From assembly GCA_964057225.1 (NCBI GenBank), contig OZ059900.1, positions 7,378,001-7,442,000 of the forward strand: 64,000 nt of DNA. The letters are read 5' to 3'. Numbering within the stretch: the first letter of the stretch is position 1; each line of letters begins with the position of its first letter. The stretch is from Auanema rhodensis (taxonomy: Eukaryota; Animalia; Nematoda). The notes beneath the pieces are model-generated. The model saw only the letters and a list, made by a program, of their open reading frames with translations, was not told the DNA's origin and searched no databases. The translations under genes were made by a program, and so were the position numbers. Shown here piece after piece: positions 29,901-43,700 of the stretch.

Positions 29901-32900
29901 ATGGATTTGAAATTCAGGATTCATAAACTTTGACTATTTTTACATATATATGTCCAATTTTAACCACTTTGGTCAAAAAGGACCGAAAATATCAAGAATT
30001 ATTGGTTTTTTGGGGATTGAAGGGCATTTTGGCAAAATCAGTCAAACTTTTGATCTTAAGCATATTTTTTTCTTCTAAAACGACTAAATGTATGAAATAC
30101 TGTCATAGAATGTTCATATAGGTGTATTTTGCACGAATATCAAAACTGATTGAAATATGGGCCTTTTTATGCTCAAAACGCCATATATTCAACGATTTTG
30201 GGTACAAAACATGTGAAAACTGTATGTTTTGATCAGACCCTTTGAGATATGGATTTGAAATTCAGGATTCATAAACTTTGACTATTTTTACATATATATG
30301 TTCAATTTTAACCACTTTGGTCAAGAAGGACCGAAAATATCAAGAATTATTGGTTTTTTGGGGTTTGAAGGGCATTTTGGCAAAATCAGTCAAACTTTTG
30401 ATCTTAAGCATATTTTTTTCTTCTAAAACGACTAAATGTATGAAATACTGTCATAAAATGTTTATATAAGTGTATTTTGCACGAATATCAAAACTGATTG
30501 AAATATGGGCCTTTTTATGCTCAAAACGCCATATATTCAACGATTTTGGGTACAAAACATGTGAAAACTGTATGTTTTGATCAGACCCTTTGAGATATGG
30601 ATTTGAAATTCAGGATTCATAAACTTTGACTATTTTAACATATATATGTTCAATTTTAACCACTTTGGTCAAAAAGGACCGAAAATATCAAGAATTATTG
30701 GTTTTTTGGGGTTTGAAGGGCATTTTGGCAAAATCAGTCAAACTTTTGATCTTAAGCATATTTTTTTCTTCTAAAACGACTAAATGTATGAAATACTGTC
30801 AAAGAATGTTCATATAGGTGTATTTTGCACGAATATCAAAACTGATTGAAATATGGGCCTTTTTATGCTCAAAACGCCATATATTCAACGATTTTGGGTA
30901 CAAAACATGTGAAAACGGTATGTTTTGATCAGACCCTTTGAGATATGGATTTGAAATTCAGGATTCATAAATTTCGACTATTTGTACATATATATGTCCA
31001 ATTTTAACCACTTTGGTCAAAAAGGACCGAAAATATCAAGAATTATTGGTTTTTTGGGGTTTGAAGGACATTTTGGCTAAATCAGTCAAACTTTTGATCT
31101 TAAGCATATTTTTTTCTTCTAAAACGACTAAATGTATGAAATACTGTCAAAGAATGTTCATATAGGTGTATTTTGCACGAATATCAAAACTGATTGAAAT
31201 ATGGGCCTTTTTATGCTCAAAACGCCATATATTCAACGATTTTGGGTACAAAACATGTGAAAACTGTATGTTTTGATCAGACCCTTCGAGATATGGATTT
31301 GAAATCCAGGATTCATAAACTTTGACTATTTTTACATATATATGTCCAATTTCAACCACTTTGGTCAAAAAGGACCGAAAATATCAAGAATTATTGGTTT
31401 TTCGGGGTTTGAAGGGCATTTTGGCAAAATCAGTCAAACTTTTGATCTTAAGCATATTTTTTCTTCTAAAACGACTAAATGTATGAAATACTGTCAAAGA
31501 ATGTTCATATAGGTGTATTTTGCACGAATATCAAAACTGATTGAAATATGGGCCTTTTTATGCTCAAAACGCCATATATTCAACGATTTTGGGTACAAAA
31601 CATGTGAAAACTGTATGTTTTGATCAGACCCTTTGAGATATGGATTTGAAATTCAGGATTCATAAACTTAAACTATTTTCACATATATATGTTCAATTTT
31701 AACCACTTTGGTCAAAAAGGACCGAAAATATCAAGAATTATTGGTTTTTTGGGGATTGAAGGGCATTTTGGCAAAATCAGTCAAACTTTTGATCTTAAGC
31801 ATATTTTTTTCTTCTAAAACGACTAAATGTATGAAATACTGTCATAGAATGTTCATATAGGTGTATTTTGCACGAATATCAAAACTGATTGAAATATGGG
31901 CCTTTTTATGCTCAAAACGCCATATATTCAACGATTTTGGGTACAAAACATGTGAAAACTGTATGTTTTGATCAGACCCTTTGAGATATGGATTTGAAAT
32001 TCAGGATTCATAAACTTTGACTATTTTTACATATATATGTTCAATTTTAACCACTTTGGACAAGAAGGACCGAAAATATCAAGAATTATTGGTTTTTTGG
32101 GGTTTGAAGGGCATTTTGGCAAAATCAGTCAAACTTTTGATCTTAAGCATATTTTTTTCTTCTAAAACGACTAAATGTATGAAATACTGTCATAGAATGT
32201 TTATATAAGTGTATTTTGCACGAATATCAAAACTGATTGAAATATGGGCCTTTTTATGCTCAAAACGCCATATATTCAACGATTTTGGGTACAAAACATG
32301 TGAAAACTGTATGTTTTGATCAGACCCTTTGAGATATGGATTTGAAATTCAGGATTCATAAACTTTGACTATTTCTACATATATATGTCCAATTTTAACC
32401 ACTTTGGTCAAAAAGGACCGAAAATATCAAGAATTATTGGTTTTTCGGGGTTTGAAGGGCATTTTGGCAAAATCAGTCAAACTTTTGATCTTAAGCATAT
32501 TTTTTTCTTCTAAAACGACTAAATGTATGAAATACTGTCAAAGAATGTTCATATAGGTGTATTTTGCACGAATATCAAAACTGATTGAAATATGGGCCTT
32601 TTTATGCTCAAAACGCCATATATTCAACGATTTTGGGTACAAAACATGTGAAAACCGTATGTTTTGATCAGACCCTTTGAGATATGGATTTGAAATTCAG
32701 GATTCATAAACTTAAACTATTTTCACATATATATGTCCAATTTCAACCACTTTGGTCAAAAAGGACCGAAAATATCAAGAATTATTGGTTTTTTGGGGTT
32801 TGAAGGGCATTTTGGCAAAATCAGTCAAACTTTTGATCTTAAGCATATTTTTTTCTTCTAAAACGACTAAATGTATGAAATACTGTCAAAGAATGTTCAT

Positions 32901-34787
32901 ATAGGTGTATTTTGCACGAATATCAAAACTGATTGAAATATGGGCCTTTTTATGCTCAAAACGCCATATATTCAACGATTTTGGGTACAAAACATGTGAA
33001 AACTGTATGTTTTGATCAGACCCTTTGAGATATGGATTTGAAATTCAGGATTCATAAACTTAAACTATTTTCACATATATATGTTCAATTTTAACCACTT
33101 TGGTCAAAAAGGACCGAAAATATCAAGAATTATTGGTTTTTTGGGGTTTGAAGGGCATTTTGGCAAAATCAGTCAAACTTTTGATCTTAAGCATATTTTT
33201 TTCTTCTAAAACGACTAAATGTATGAAATACTGTCATAGAATGTTCATATAGGTGTATTTTGCACGAATATCAAAACTGATTGAAATATGGGCCTTTTTA
33301 TGCTCAAAACGCCATATATTCAACGATTTTGGGTACAAAACATGTGAAAACTGTATGTTTTGATCAGACCCTTTGAGATATGGATTTGAAATTCAGGATT
33401 CATAAACTTAAACTATTTTCACATATATATGTTCAATTTTAACCACTTTGGTCAAAAAGGACCGAAAATATCAAGAATTATTGGTTTTTTGGGGTTTGAA
33501 GGACATTTTGGCTAAATCAGTCAAACTTTTGATCTTAAGCATATTTTTTTCTTCTAAAACGACTAAATGTATGAAATACTGTCATAGAATGTTCATATAG
33601 GTGTATTTTGCACGAATATCAAAACTGATTGAAATATGGGCCTTTTTATGCTCAAAACGCCATATATTCAACGATTTTGGGTACAAAACATGTGAAAACT
33701 GTATGTTTTGATCAGACCCTTCGAGATATGGATTTGAAATCCAGGATTCATAAACTTTGACTATTTTTACATATATATGTCCAATTTCAACCACTTTGGT
33801 CAAAAAGGACCGAAAATATCAAGAATTATTGGTTTTTTGGGGATTGAAGGGCATTTTGGCAAAATCAGTCAAACTTTTGATCTTAAGCATATTTTTTTCT
33901 TCTAAAACGACTAAATGTATGAAATACTGTCATAGAATGTTCATATAGGTGTATTTTGCACGAATATCAAAACTGATTGAAATATGGGCCTTTTTATGCT
34001 CAAAACGCCATATATTCAACGATTTTGGGTACAAAACATGTGAAAACTGTATGTTTTGATCAGACCCTTTGAGATATGGATTTGAAATTCAGGATTCATA
34101 AACTTTGACTATTTTTACATATATATGTTCAATTTTAACCACTTTGGTCAAGAAGGACCGAAAATATCAAGAATTATTGGTTTTTTGGGGTTTGAAGGGC
34201 ATTTTGGCAAAATCAGTCAAACTTTTGATCTTAAGCATATTTTTTTCTTCTAAAACGACTAAATGTATGAAATACTGTCATAGAATGTTTATATAAGTGT
34301 ATTTTGCACGAATATCAAAACTGATTGAAATATGGGCCTTTTTATGCTCAAAACGCCATATATTCAACGATTTTGGGTACAAAACATGTGAAAACTGTAT
34401 GTTTTGATCAGACCCTTTGAGATATGGATTTGAAATTCAGGATTCATAAACTTTGACTATTTCTACATATATATGTCCAATTTTAACCACTTTGGTCAAA
34501 AAGGACCGAAAATATCAAGAATTATTGGTTTTTCGGGGTTTGAAGGGCATTTTGGCAAAATCAGTCAAACTTTTGATCTTAAGCATATTTTTTTCTTCTA
34601 AAACGACTAAATGTATGAAATACTGTCAAAGAATGTTCATATAGGTGTATTTTGCACGAATATCAAAACTGATTGAAATATGGGCCTTTTTATGCTCAAA
34701 ACGCCATATATTCAACGATTTTGGGTACAAAACATGTGAAAACTGTATGTTTTGATCAGACCCTTTGAGATATGGATTTGAAATTCA

Positions 34788-37700
34788 GGATTCATAAACT
34801 TAAACTATTTTCACATATATATGTTCAATTTTAACCACTTTGGTCAAAAAGGACCGAAAATATCAAGAATTATTGGTTTTTTGGGGTTTGAAGGACATTT
34901 TGGCTAAATCAGTCAAACTTTTGATCTTAAGCATATTTTTTTCTTCTAAAACGACTAAATGTATGAAATACTGTCATAGAATGTTCATATAGGTGTATTT
35001 TGCACGAATATCAAAACTGATTGAAATATGGGCCTTTTTATGCTCAAAACGCCATATATTCAACGATTTTGGGTACAAAACATGTGAAAACTGTATGTTT
35101 TGATCAGACCCTTCGAGATATGGATTTGAAATCCAGGATTCATAAACTTTGACTATTTTTACATATATATGTCCAATTTCAAGCACTTTGGTCAAAAAGG
35201 ACCGAAAATATCAAGAATTATTGGTTTTTTGGGGATTGAAGGGCATTTTGGCAAAATCAGTCAAACTTTTGATCTTAAGCATATTTTTTTCTTCTAAAAC
35301 GACTAAATGTATGAAATACTGTCATAGAATGTTTATATAAGTGTATTTTGCACGAATATCAAAACTGATTGAAATATGGGCCTTTTTATGCTCAAAACGC
35401 CATATATTCAACGATTTTGGGTACAAAACATGTGAAAACTGTATGTTTTGATCAGACCCTTTGAGATATGGATTTGAAATTCAGGATTCATAAACTTTGA
35501 CTATTTCTACATATATATGTCCAATTTTAACCACTTTGGTCAAAAAGGACCGAAAATATCAAGAATTATTGGTTTTTTGGGGTTTGAAGGGCATTTTGGC
35601 AAAATCAGTCAAACTTTTGATCTTAAGCATATTTTTTTCTTCTAAAACGACTAAATGTATGAAATACTGTCAAAGAATGTTCATATAGGTGTATTTTGCA
35701 CGAATATCAAAACTGATTGAAATATGGGCCTTTTTATGCTCAAAACGCCATATATTCAACGATTTTGGGTACAAAACATGTGAAAACTGTATGTTTTGAT
35801 CAGACCCTTTGAGATATGGATTTGAAATTCAGGATTCATAAACTTAATCTATTTTCACATATATATGTTCAATTTTAATCACTTTGGTCAAAAAGGACCG
35901 AAAATATCAAGAATTATTGGTTTTTTGGGGTTTGAAGGACATTTTGGCTAAATCAGTCAAACTTTTGATCTTAAGCATATTTTTTTCTTCTAAAACGACT
36001 AAATGTATGAAATACTGTCATAGAATGTTCATATAGGTGTATTTTGCACGAATATCAAAACTGATTGAAATATGGGCCTTTTTATGCTCAAAACGCCATC
36101 CATATATTCAACGATTTTGGGTACAAAACATGTGAAAACTGTATGTTTTGATCAGACCCTTCGAGATATGGATTTGAAATCCAGGATTCATAAACTTTGA
36201 CTATTTTTACATATATATGTCCAATTTCAACCACTTTGGTCAAAAAGGACCGAAAATATCAAGAATTATTGGTTTTTTGGGGTTTGAAGGGCATTTTGGC
36301 AAAATCAGTCAAACTTTTGATCTTAAGCATATTTTTTTCTTCTAAAACGACTAAATGTATGAAATACTGTCATAGAATGTTCATATAGGTGTATTTTGCA
36401 CGAATATCAAAACTGATTGAAATATGGGCCTTTTTATGTTCAAAACGCCATATATTCAACGATTTTGGGTACAAAACATGTGAAAACTGTATGTTTTGAT
36501 CAGACCCTTTGAGATATGGATTTGAAATTCAGGATTCATAAACTTTGACTATTTTTACATATATATGTCCAATTTTAACCACTTTGGTCAAAAAGGACCG
36601 AAAATATCAAGAATTATTGGTTTTTTGGGGATTGAAGGGCATTTTGGCAAAATCAGTCAAACTTTTGATCTTAAGCATATTTTTTTCTTCTAAAACGACT
36701 AAATGTATGAAATACTGTCATAGAATGTTCATATAGGTGTATTTTGCACGAATATCAAAACTGATTGAAATATGGGCCTTTTTATGCTCAAAACGCCATA
36801 TATTCAACGATTTTGGGTACAAAACATGTGAAAACTGTATGTTTTGATCAGACCCTTTGAGATATGGATTTGAAATTCAGGATTCATAAACTTTGACTAT
36901 TTTTACATATATATGTTCAATTTTAACCACTTTGGTCAAGAAGGACCGAAAATATCAAGAATTATTGGTTTTTTGGGGTTTGAAGGGCATTTTGGCAAAA
37001 TCAGTCAAACTTTTGATCTTAAGCATATTTTTTTCTTCTAAAACGACTAAATGTATGAAATACTGTCATAGAATGTTTATATAAGTGTATTTTGCACGAA
37101 TATCAAAACTGATTGAAATATGGGCCTTTTTATGCTCAAAACGCCATATATTCAACGATTTTGGGTACAAAACATGTGAAAACTGTATGTTTTGATCAGA
37201 CCCTTTGAGATATGGATTTGAAATTCAGGATTCATAAACTTAAACTATTTTCACATATATATGTTCAATTTTAACCACTTTGGTCAAAAAGGACCGAAAA
37301 TATCAAGAATTATTGGTTTTTTGGGGTTTGAAGGACATTTTGGCTAAATCAGTCAAACTTTTGATCTTAAGCATATTTTTTTCTTCTAAAACGACTAAAT
37401 GTATGAAATACTGTCATAGAATGTTCATATAGGTGTATTTTGCACGAATATCAAAACTGATTGAAATATGGGCCTTTTTATGCTCAAAACGCCATATATT
37501 CAACGATTTTGGGTACAAAACATGTGAAAACTGTATGTTTTGATCAGACCCTTCGAGATATGGATTTGAAATCCAGGATTCATAAACTTTGACTATTTTT
37601 ACATATATATGTCCAATTTCAAGCACTTTGGTCAAAAAGGACCGAAAATATCAAGAATTATTGGTTTTTTGGGGATTGAAGGGCATTTTGGCAAAATCAG

Positions 37701-40700
37701 TCAAACTTTTGATCTTAAGCATATTTTTTTCTTCTAAAACGACTAAATGTATGAAATACTGTCATAGAATGTTTATATAAGTGTATTTTGCACGAATATC
37801 AAAACTGATTGAAATATGGGCCTTTTTATGCTCAAAACGCCATATATTCAACGATTTTGGGTACAAAACATGTGAAAACTGTATGTTTTGATCAGACCCT
37901 TTGAGATATGGATTTGAAATTCAGGATTCATAAACTTTGACTATTTCTACATATATATGTCCAATTTTAACCACTTTGGTCAAAAAGGACCGAAAATATC
38001 AAGAATTATTGGTTTTTTGGGGTTTGAAGGGCATTTTGGCAAAATCAGTCAAACTTTTGATCTTAAGCATATTTTTTTCTTCTAAAACGACTAAATGTAT
38101 GAAATACTGTCAAAGAATGTTCATATAGGTGTATTTTGCACGAATATCAAAACTGATTGAAATATGGGCCTTTTTATGCTCAAAACGCCATATATTCAAC
38201 GATTTTGGGTACAAAACATGTGAAAACTGTATGTTTTGATCAGACCCTTTGAGATATGGATTTGAAATTCAGGATTCATAAACTTAATCTATTTTCACAT
38301 ATATATGTTCAATTTTAATCACTTTGGTCAAAAAGGACCGAAAATATCAAGAATTATTGGTTTTTTGGGGTTTGAAGGACATTTTGGCTAAATCAGTCAA
38401 ACTTTTGATCTTAAGCATATTTTTTTCTTCTAAAACGACTAAATGAATGAAATACTGTCATAGAATGTTCATATAGGTGTATTTTGCACGAATATCAAAA
38501 CTGATTGAAATATGGGCCTTTTTATGCTCAAAACGCCATATATTCAACGATTTTGGGTACAAAACATGTGAAAACTGTATGTTTTGATCAGACCCTTCGA
38601 GATATGGATTTGAAATCCAGGATTCATAAACTTTGACTATTTTTACATATATATGTCCAATTTCAACCACTTTGGTCAAAAAGGACCGAAAATATCAAGA
38701 ATTATTGGTTTTTCTGGGATTGAAGGGCATTTTGGCAAAATCAGTCAAACTTTTGATCTTAAGCATATTTTTTTCTTCTAAAACGACTAAATGTATGAAA
38801 TACTGTCATAGAATGTTCATATAGGTGTATTTTGCACGAATATCAAAACTGATTGAAATATGGGCCTTTTTATGTTCAAAACGCCATATATTCAACGATT
38901 TTGGGTACAAAACATGTGAAAACTGTATGTTTTGATCAGACCCTTTGAGATATGGATTTGAAATTCAGGATTCATAAACTTTGACTATTTTTACATATAT
39001 ATGTCCAATTTTAACCACTTTGGTCAAAAAGGACCGAAAATATCAAGAATTATTGGTTTTTTGGGGATTGAAGGGCATTTTGGCAAAATCAGTCAAACTT
39101 TTGATCTTAAGCATATTTTTTTCTTCTAAAACGACTAAATGTATGAAATACTGTCATAGAATGTTCATATAGGTGTACTTTGCACGAATATCAAAACTGA
39201 TTGAAATATGGGCCTTTTTATGCTCAAAACGCCATATATTCAACGATTTTGGGTACAAAACATGTGAAAACTGTATGTTTTGATCAGACCCTTCGAGATA
39301 TGGATTTGAAATCCAGGATTCATAAACTTTGACTATTTTTACATATATATGTCCAATTTCAACCACTTTGGTCAAAAAGGACCGAAAATATCAAGAATTA
39401 TTGGTTTTTCTGGGATTGAAGGGCATTTTGGCAAAATCAGTCAAACTTTTGATCTTAAGCATATTTTTTTCTTCTAAAACGACTAAATGTATGAAATACT
39501 GTCATAGAATGTTCATATAGGTGTATTTTGCACGAATATCAAAACTGATTGAAATATGGGCCTTTTTATGTTCAAAACGCCATATATTCAACGATTTTGG
39601 GTACAAAACATGTGAAAACTGTATGTTTTGATCAGACCCTTTGAGATATGGATTTGAAATTCAGGATTCATAAACTTTGACTATTTTTACATATATATGT
39701 CCAATTTTAACCACTTTGGTCAAAAAGGACCGAAAATATCAAGAATTATTGGTTTTTTGGGGATTGAAGGGCATTTTGGCAAAATCAGTCAAACTTTTGA
39801 TCTTAAGCATATTTTTTTCTTCTAAAACGACTAAATGTATGAAATACTGTCATAGAATGTTTATATAAGTGTATTTTGCACGAATATCAAAACTGATTGA
39901 AATATGGGCCTTTTTATGCTCAAAACGCCATATATTCAACGATTTTGGGTACAAAACATGTGAAAACTGTATGTTTTGATCAGACCCTTTGAGATATGGA
40001 TTTGAAATTCAGGATTCATAAACTTTGACTATTTCTACATATATATGTCCAATTTTAACCACTTTGGTCAAAAAGGACCGAAAATATCAAGAATTATTGG
40101 TTTTTTGGGGTTTGAAGGGCATTTTGGCAAAATCAGTCAAACTTTTGATCTTAAGCATATTTTTTTCTTCTAAAACGACTAAATGTATGAAATACTGTCA
40201 AAGAATGTTCATATAGGTGTATTTTGCACGAATATCAAAACTGATTGAAATATGGGCCTTTTTATGCTCAAAACGCCATATATTCAACGATTTTGGGTAC
40301 AAAACATGTGAAAACTGTATGTTTTGATCAGACCCTTCGAGATATGGATTTGAAATCCAGGATTCATAAACTTTGACTATTTTTACATATATATGTCCAA
40401 TTTCAACCACTTTGGTCAAAAAGGACCGAAAATATCAAGAATTATTGGTTTTTCTGGGGTTTGAAGGGCATTTTGGCAAAATCAGTCAAACTTTTGATCT
40501 TAAGCATATTTTTTTCTTCTAAAACGACTAAATGAATGAAATACTGTCATAGAATGTTCATATAGGTGTATTTTGCACGAATATCAAAACTGATTGAAAT
40601 ATGGGCCTTTTTATGCTCAAAACGCCATATATTCAACGATTTTGGGTACAAAACATGTGAAAACTGTATGTTTTGATCAGACCCTTTGAGATATGGATTT

Positions 40701-43700
40701 GAAATTCAGGATTCATAAACTTTGACTATTTCTACATATATATGTCCAATTTTAACCACTTTGGTCAAAAAGGACCGAAAATATCAAGAATTATTGGTTT
40801 TTCGGGGTTTGAAGGGCATTTTGGCAAAATCAGTCAAACTTTTGATCTTAAGCATATTTTTTTCTTCTAAAACGACTAAATGTATGAAATACTGTCAAAG
40901 AATGTTCATATAGGTGTATTTTGCACGAATATCAAAACTGATTGAAATATGGGCCTTTTTATGCTCAAAACGCCATATATTCAACGATTTTGGGTACAAA
41001 ACATGTGAAAACTGTATGTTTTGATCAGACCCTTTGAGATATGGATTTGAAATTCAGGATTCATAAACTTAAACTATTTTCACATATATATGTTCAATTT
41101 TAACCACTTTGGTCAAAAAGGACCGAAAATATCAAGAATTATTGGTTTTTTGGGGTTTGAAGGACATTTTGGCTAAATCAGTCAAACTTTTGATCTTAAG
41201 CATATTTTTTTCTTCTAAAACGACTAAATGTATGAAATACTGTCATAGAATGTTCATATAGGTGTATTTTGCACGAATATCAAAACTGATTGAAATATGG
41301 GCCTTTTTATGCTCAAAACGCCATATATTCAACGATTTTGGGTACAAAACATGTGAAAACTGTATGTTTTGATCAGACCCTTCGAGATATGGATTTGAAA
41401 TCCAGGATTCATAAACTTTGACTATTTTTACATATATATGTCCAATTTCAAGCACTTTGGTCAAAAAGGACCGAAAATATCAAGAATTATTGGTTTTTTG
41501 GGGATTGAAGGGCATTTTGGCAAAATCAGTCAAACTTTTGATCTTAAGCATATTTTTTTCTTCTAAAACGACTAAATGTATGAAATACTGTCATAGAATG
41601 TTTATATAAGTGTATTTTGCACGAATATCAAAACTGATTGAAATATGGGCCTTTTTATGCTCAAAACGCCATATATTCAACGATTTTGGGTACAAAACAT
41701 GTGAAAACTGTATGTTTTGATCAGACCCTTTGAGATATGGATTTGAAATTCAGGATTCATAAACTTTGACTATTTCTACATATATATGTCCAATTTTAAC
41801 CACTTTGGTCAAAAAGGACCGAAAATATCAAGAATTATTGGTTTTTTGGGGTTTGAAGGGCATTTTGGCAAAATCAGTCAAACTTTTGATCTTAAGCATA
41901 TTTTTTTCTTCTAAAACGACTAAATGTATGAAATACTGTCAAAGAATGTTCATATAGGTGTATTTTGCACGAATATCAAAACTGATTGAAATATGGGCCT
42001 TTTTATGCTCAAAACGCCATATATTCAACGATTTTGGGTACAAAACATGTGAAAACTGTATGTTTTGATCAGACCCTTTGAGATATGGATTTGAAATTCA
42101 GGATTCATAAACTTAATCTATTTTCACATATATATGTTCAATTTTAATCACTTTGGTCAAAAAGGACCGAAAATATCAAGAATTATTGGTTTTTTGGGGT
42201 TTGAAGGACATTTTGGCTAAATCAGTCAAACTTTTGATCTTAAGCATATTTTTTTCTTCTAAAACGACTAAATGAATGAAATACTGTCATAGAATGTTCA
42301 TATAGGTGTATTTTGCACGAATATCAAAACTGATTGAAATATGGGCCTTTTTATGCTCAAAACGCCATATATTCAACGATTTTGGGTACAAAACATGTGA
42401 AAACTGTATGTTTTGATCAGACCCTTCGAGATATGGATTTGAAATCCAGGATTCATAAACTTTGACTATTTTTACATATATATGTCCAATTTCAACCACT
42501 TTGGTCAAAAAGGACCGAAAATATCAAGAATTATTGGTTTTTCTGGGATTGAAGGGCATTTTGGCAAAATCAGTCAAACTTTTGATCTTAAGCATATTTT
42601 TTTCTTCTAAAACGACTAAATGTATGAAATACTGTCATAGAATGTTCATATAGGTGTATTTTGCACGAATATCAAAACTGATTGAAATATGGGCCTTTTT
42701 ATGTTCAAAACGCCATATATTCAACGATTTTGGGTACAAAACATGTGAAAACTGTATGTTTTGATCAGACCCTTTGAGATATGGATTTGAAATTCAGGAT
42801 TCATAAACTTTGACTATTTTTACATATATATGTCCAATTTTAACCACTTTGGTCAAAAAGGACCGAAAATATCAAGAATTATTGGTTTTTTGGGGATTGA
42901 AGGGCATTTTGGCAAAATCAGTCAAACTTTTGATCTTAAGCATATTTTTTTCTTCTAAAACGACTAAATGTATGAAATACTGTCATAGAATGTTCATATA
43001 GGTGTACTTTGCACGAATATCAAAACTGATTGAAATATGGGCCTTTTTATGCTCAAAACGCCATATATTCAACGATTTTGGGTACAAAACATGTGAAAAC
43101 TGTATGTTTTGATCAGACCCTTCGAGATATGGATTTGAAATCCAGGATTCATAAACTTTGACTATTTTTACATATATATGTCCAATTTCAACCACTTTGG
43201 TCAAAAAGGACCGAAAATATCAAGAATTATTGGTTTTTCTGGGATTGAAGGGCATTTTGGCAAAATCAGTCAAACTTTTGATCTTAAGCATATTTTTTTC
43301 TTCTAAAACGACTAAATGTATGAAATACTGTCATAGAATGTTCATATAGGTGTATTTTGCACGAATATCAAAACTGATTGAAATATGGGCCTTTTTATGT
43401 TCAAAACGCCATATATTCAACGATTTTGGGTACAAAACATGTGAAAACTGTATGTTTTGATCAGACCCTTTGAGATATGGATTTGAAATTCAGGATTCAT
43501 AAACTTTGACTATTTTTACATATATATGTCCAATTTTAACCACTTTAGTCAAAAAGGACCGAAAATATCAAGAATTATTGGTTTTTTGGGGATTGAAGGG
43601 CATTTTGGCAAAATCAGTCAAACTTTTGATCTTAAGCATATTTTTTTCTTCTAAAACGACTAAATGTATGAAATACTGTCATAGAATGTTTATATAAGTG

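Noticed and set aside
36096-36103. 4-bp insertion (ccatccat) as a transposon excision footprint
   Set aside because: It is a direct CCAT duplication, not the TA-(2-3 nt)-TA structure expected of Tc1/mariner footprints. Slippage is the simpler explanation.
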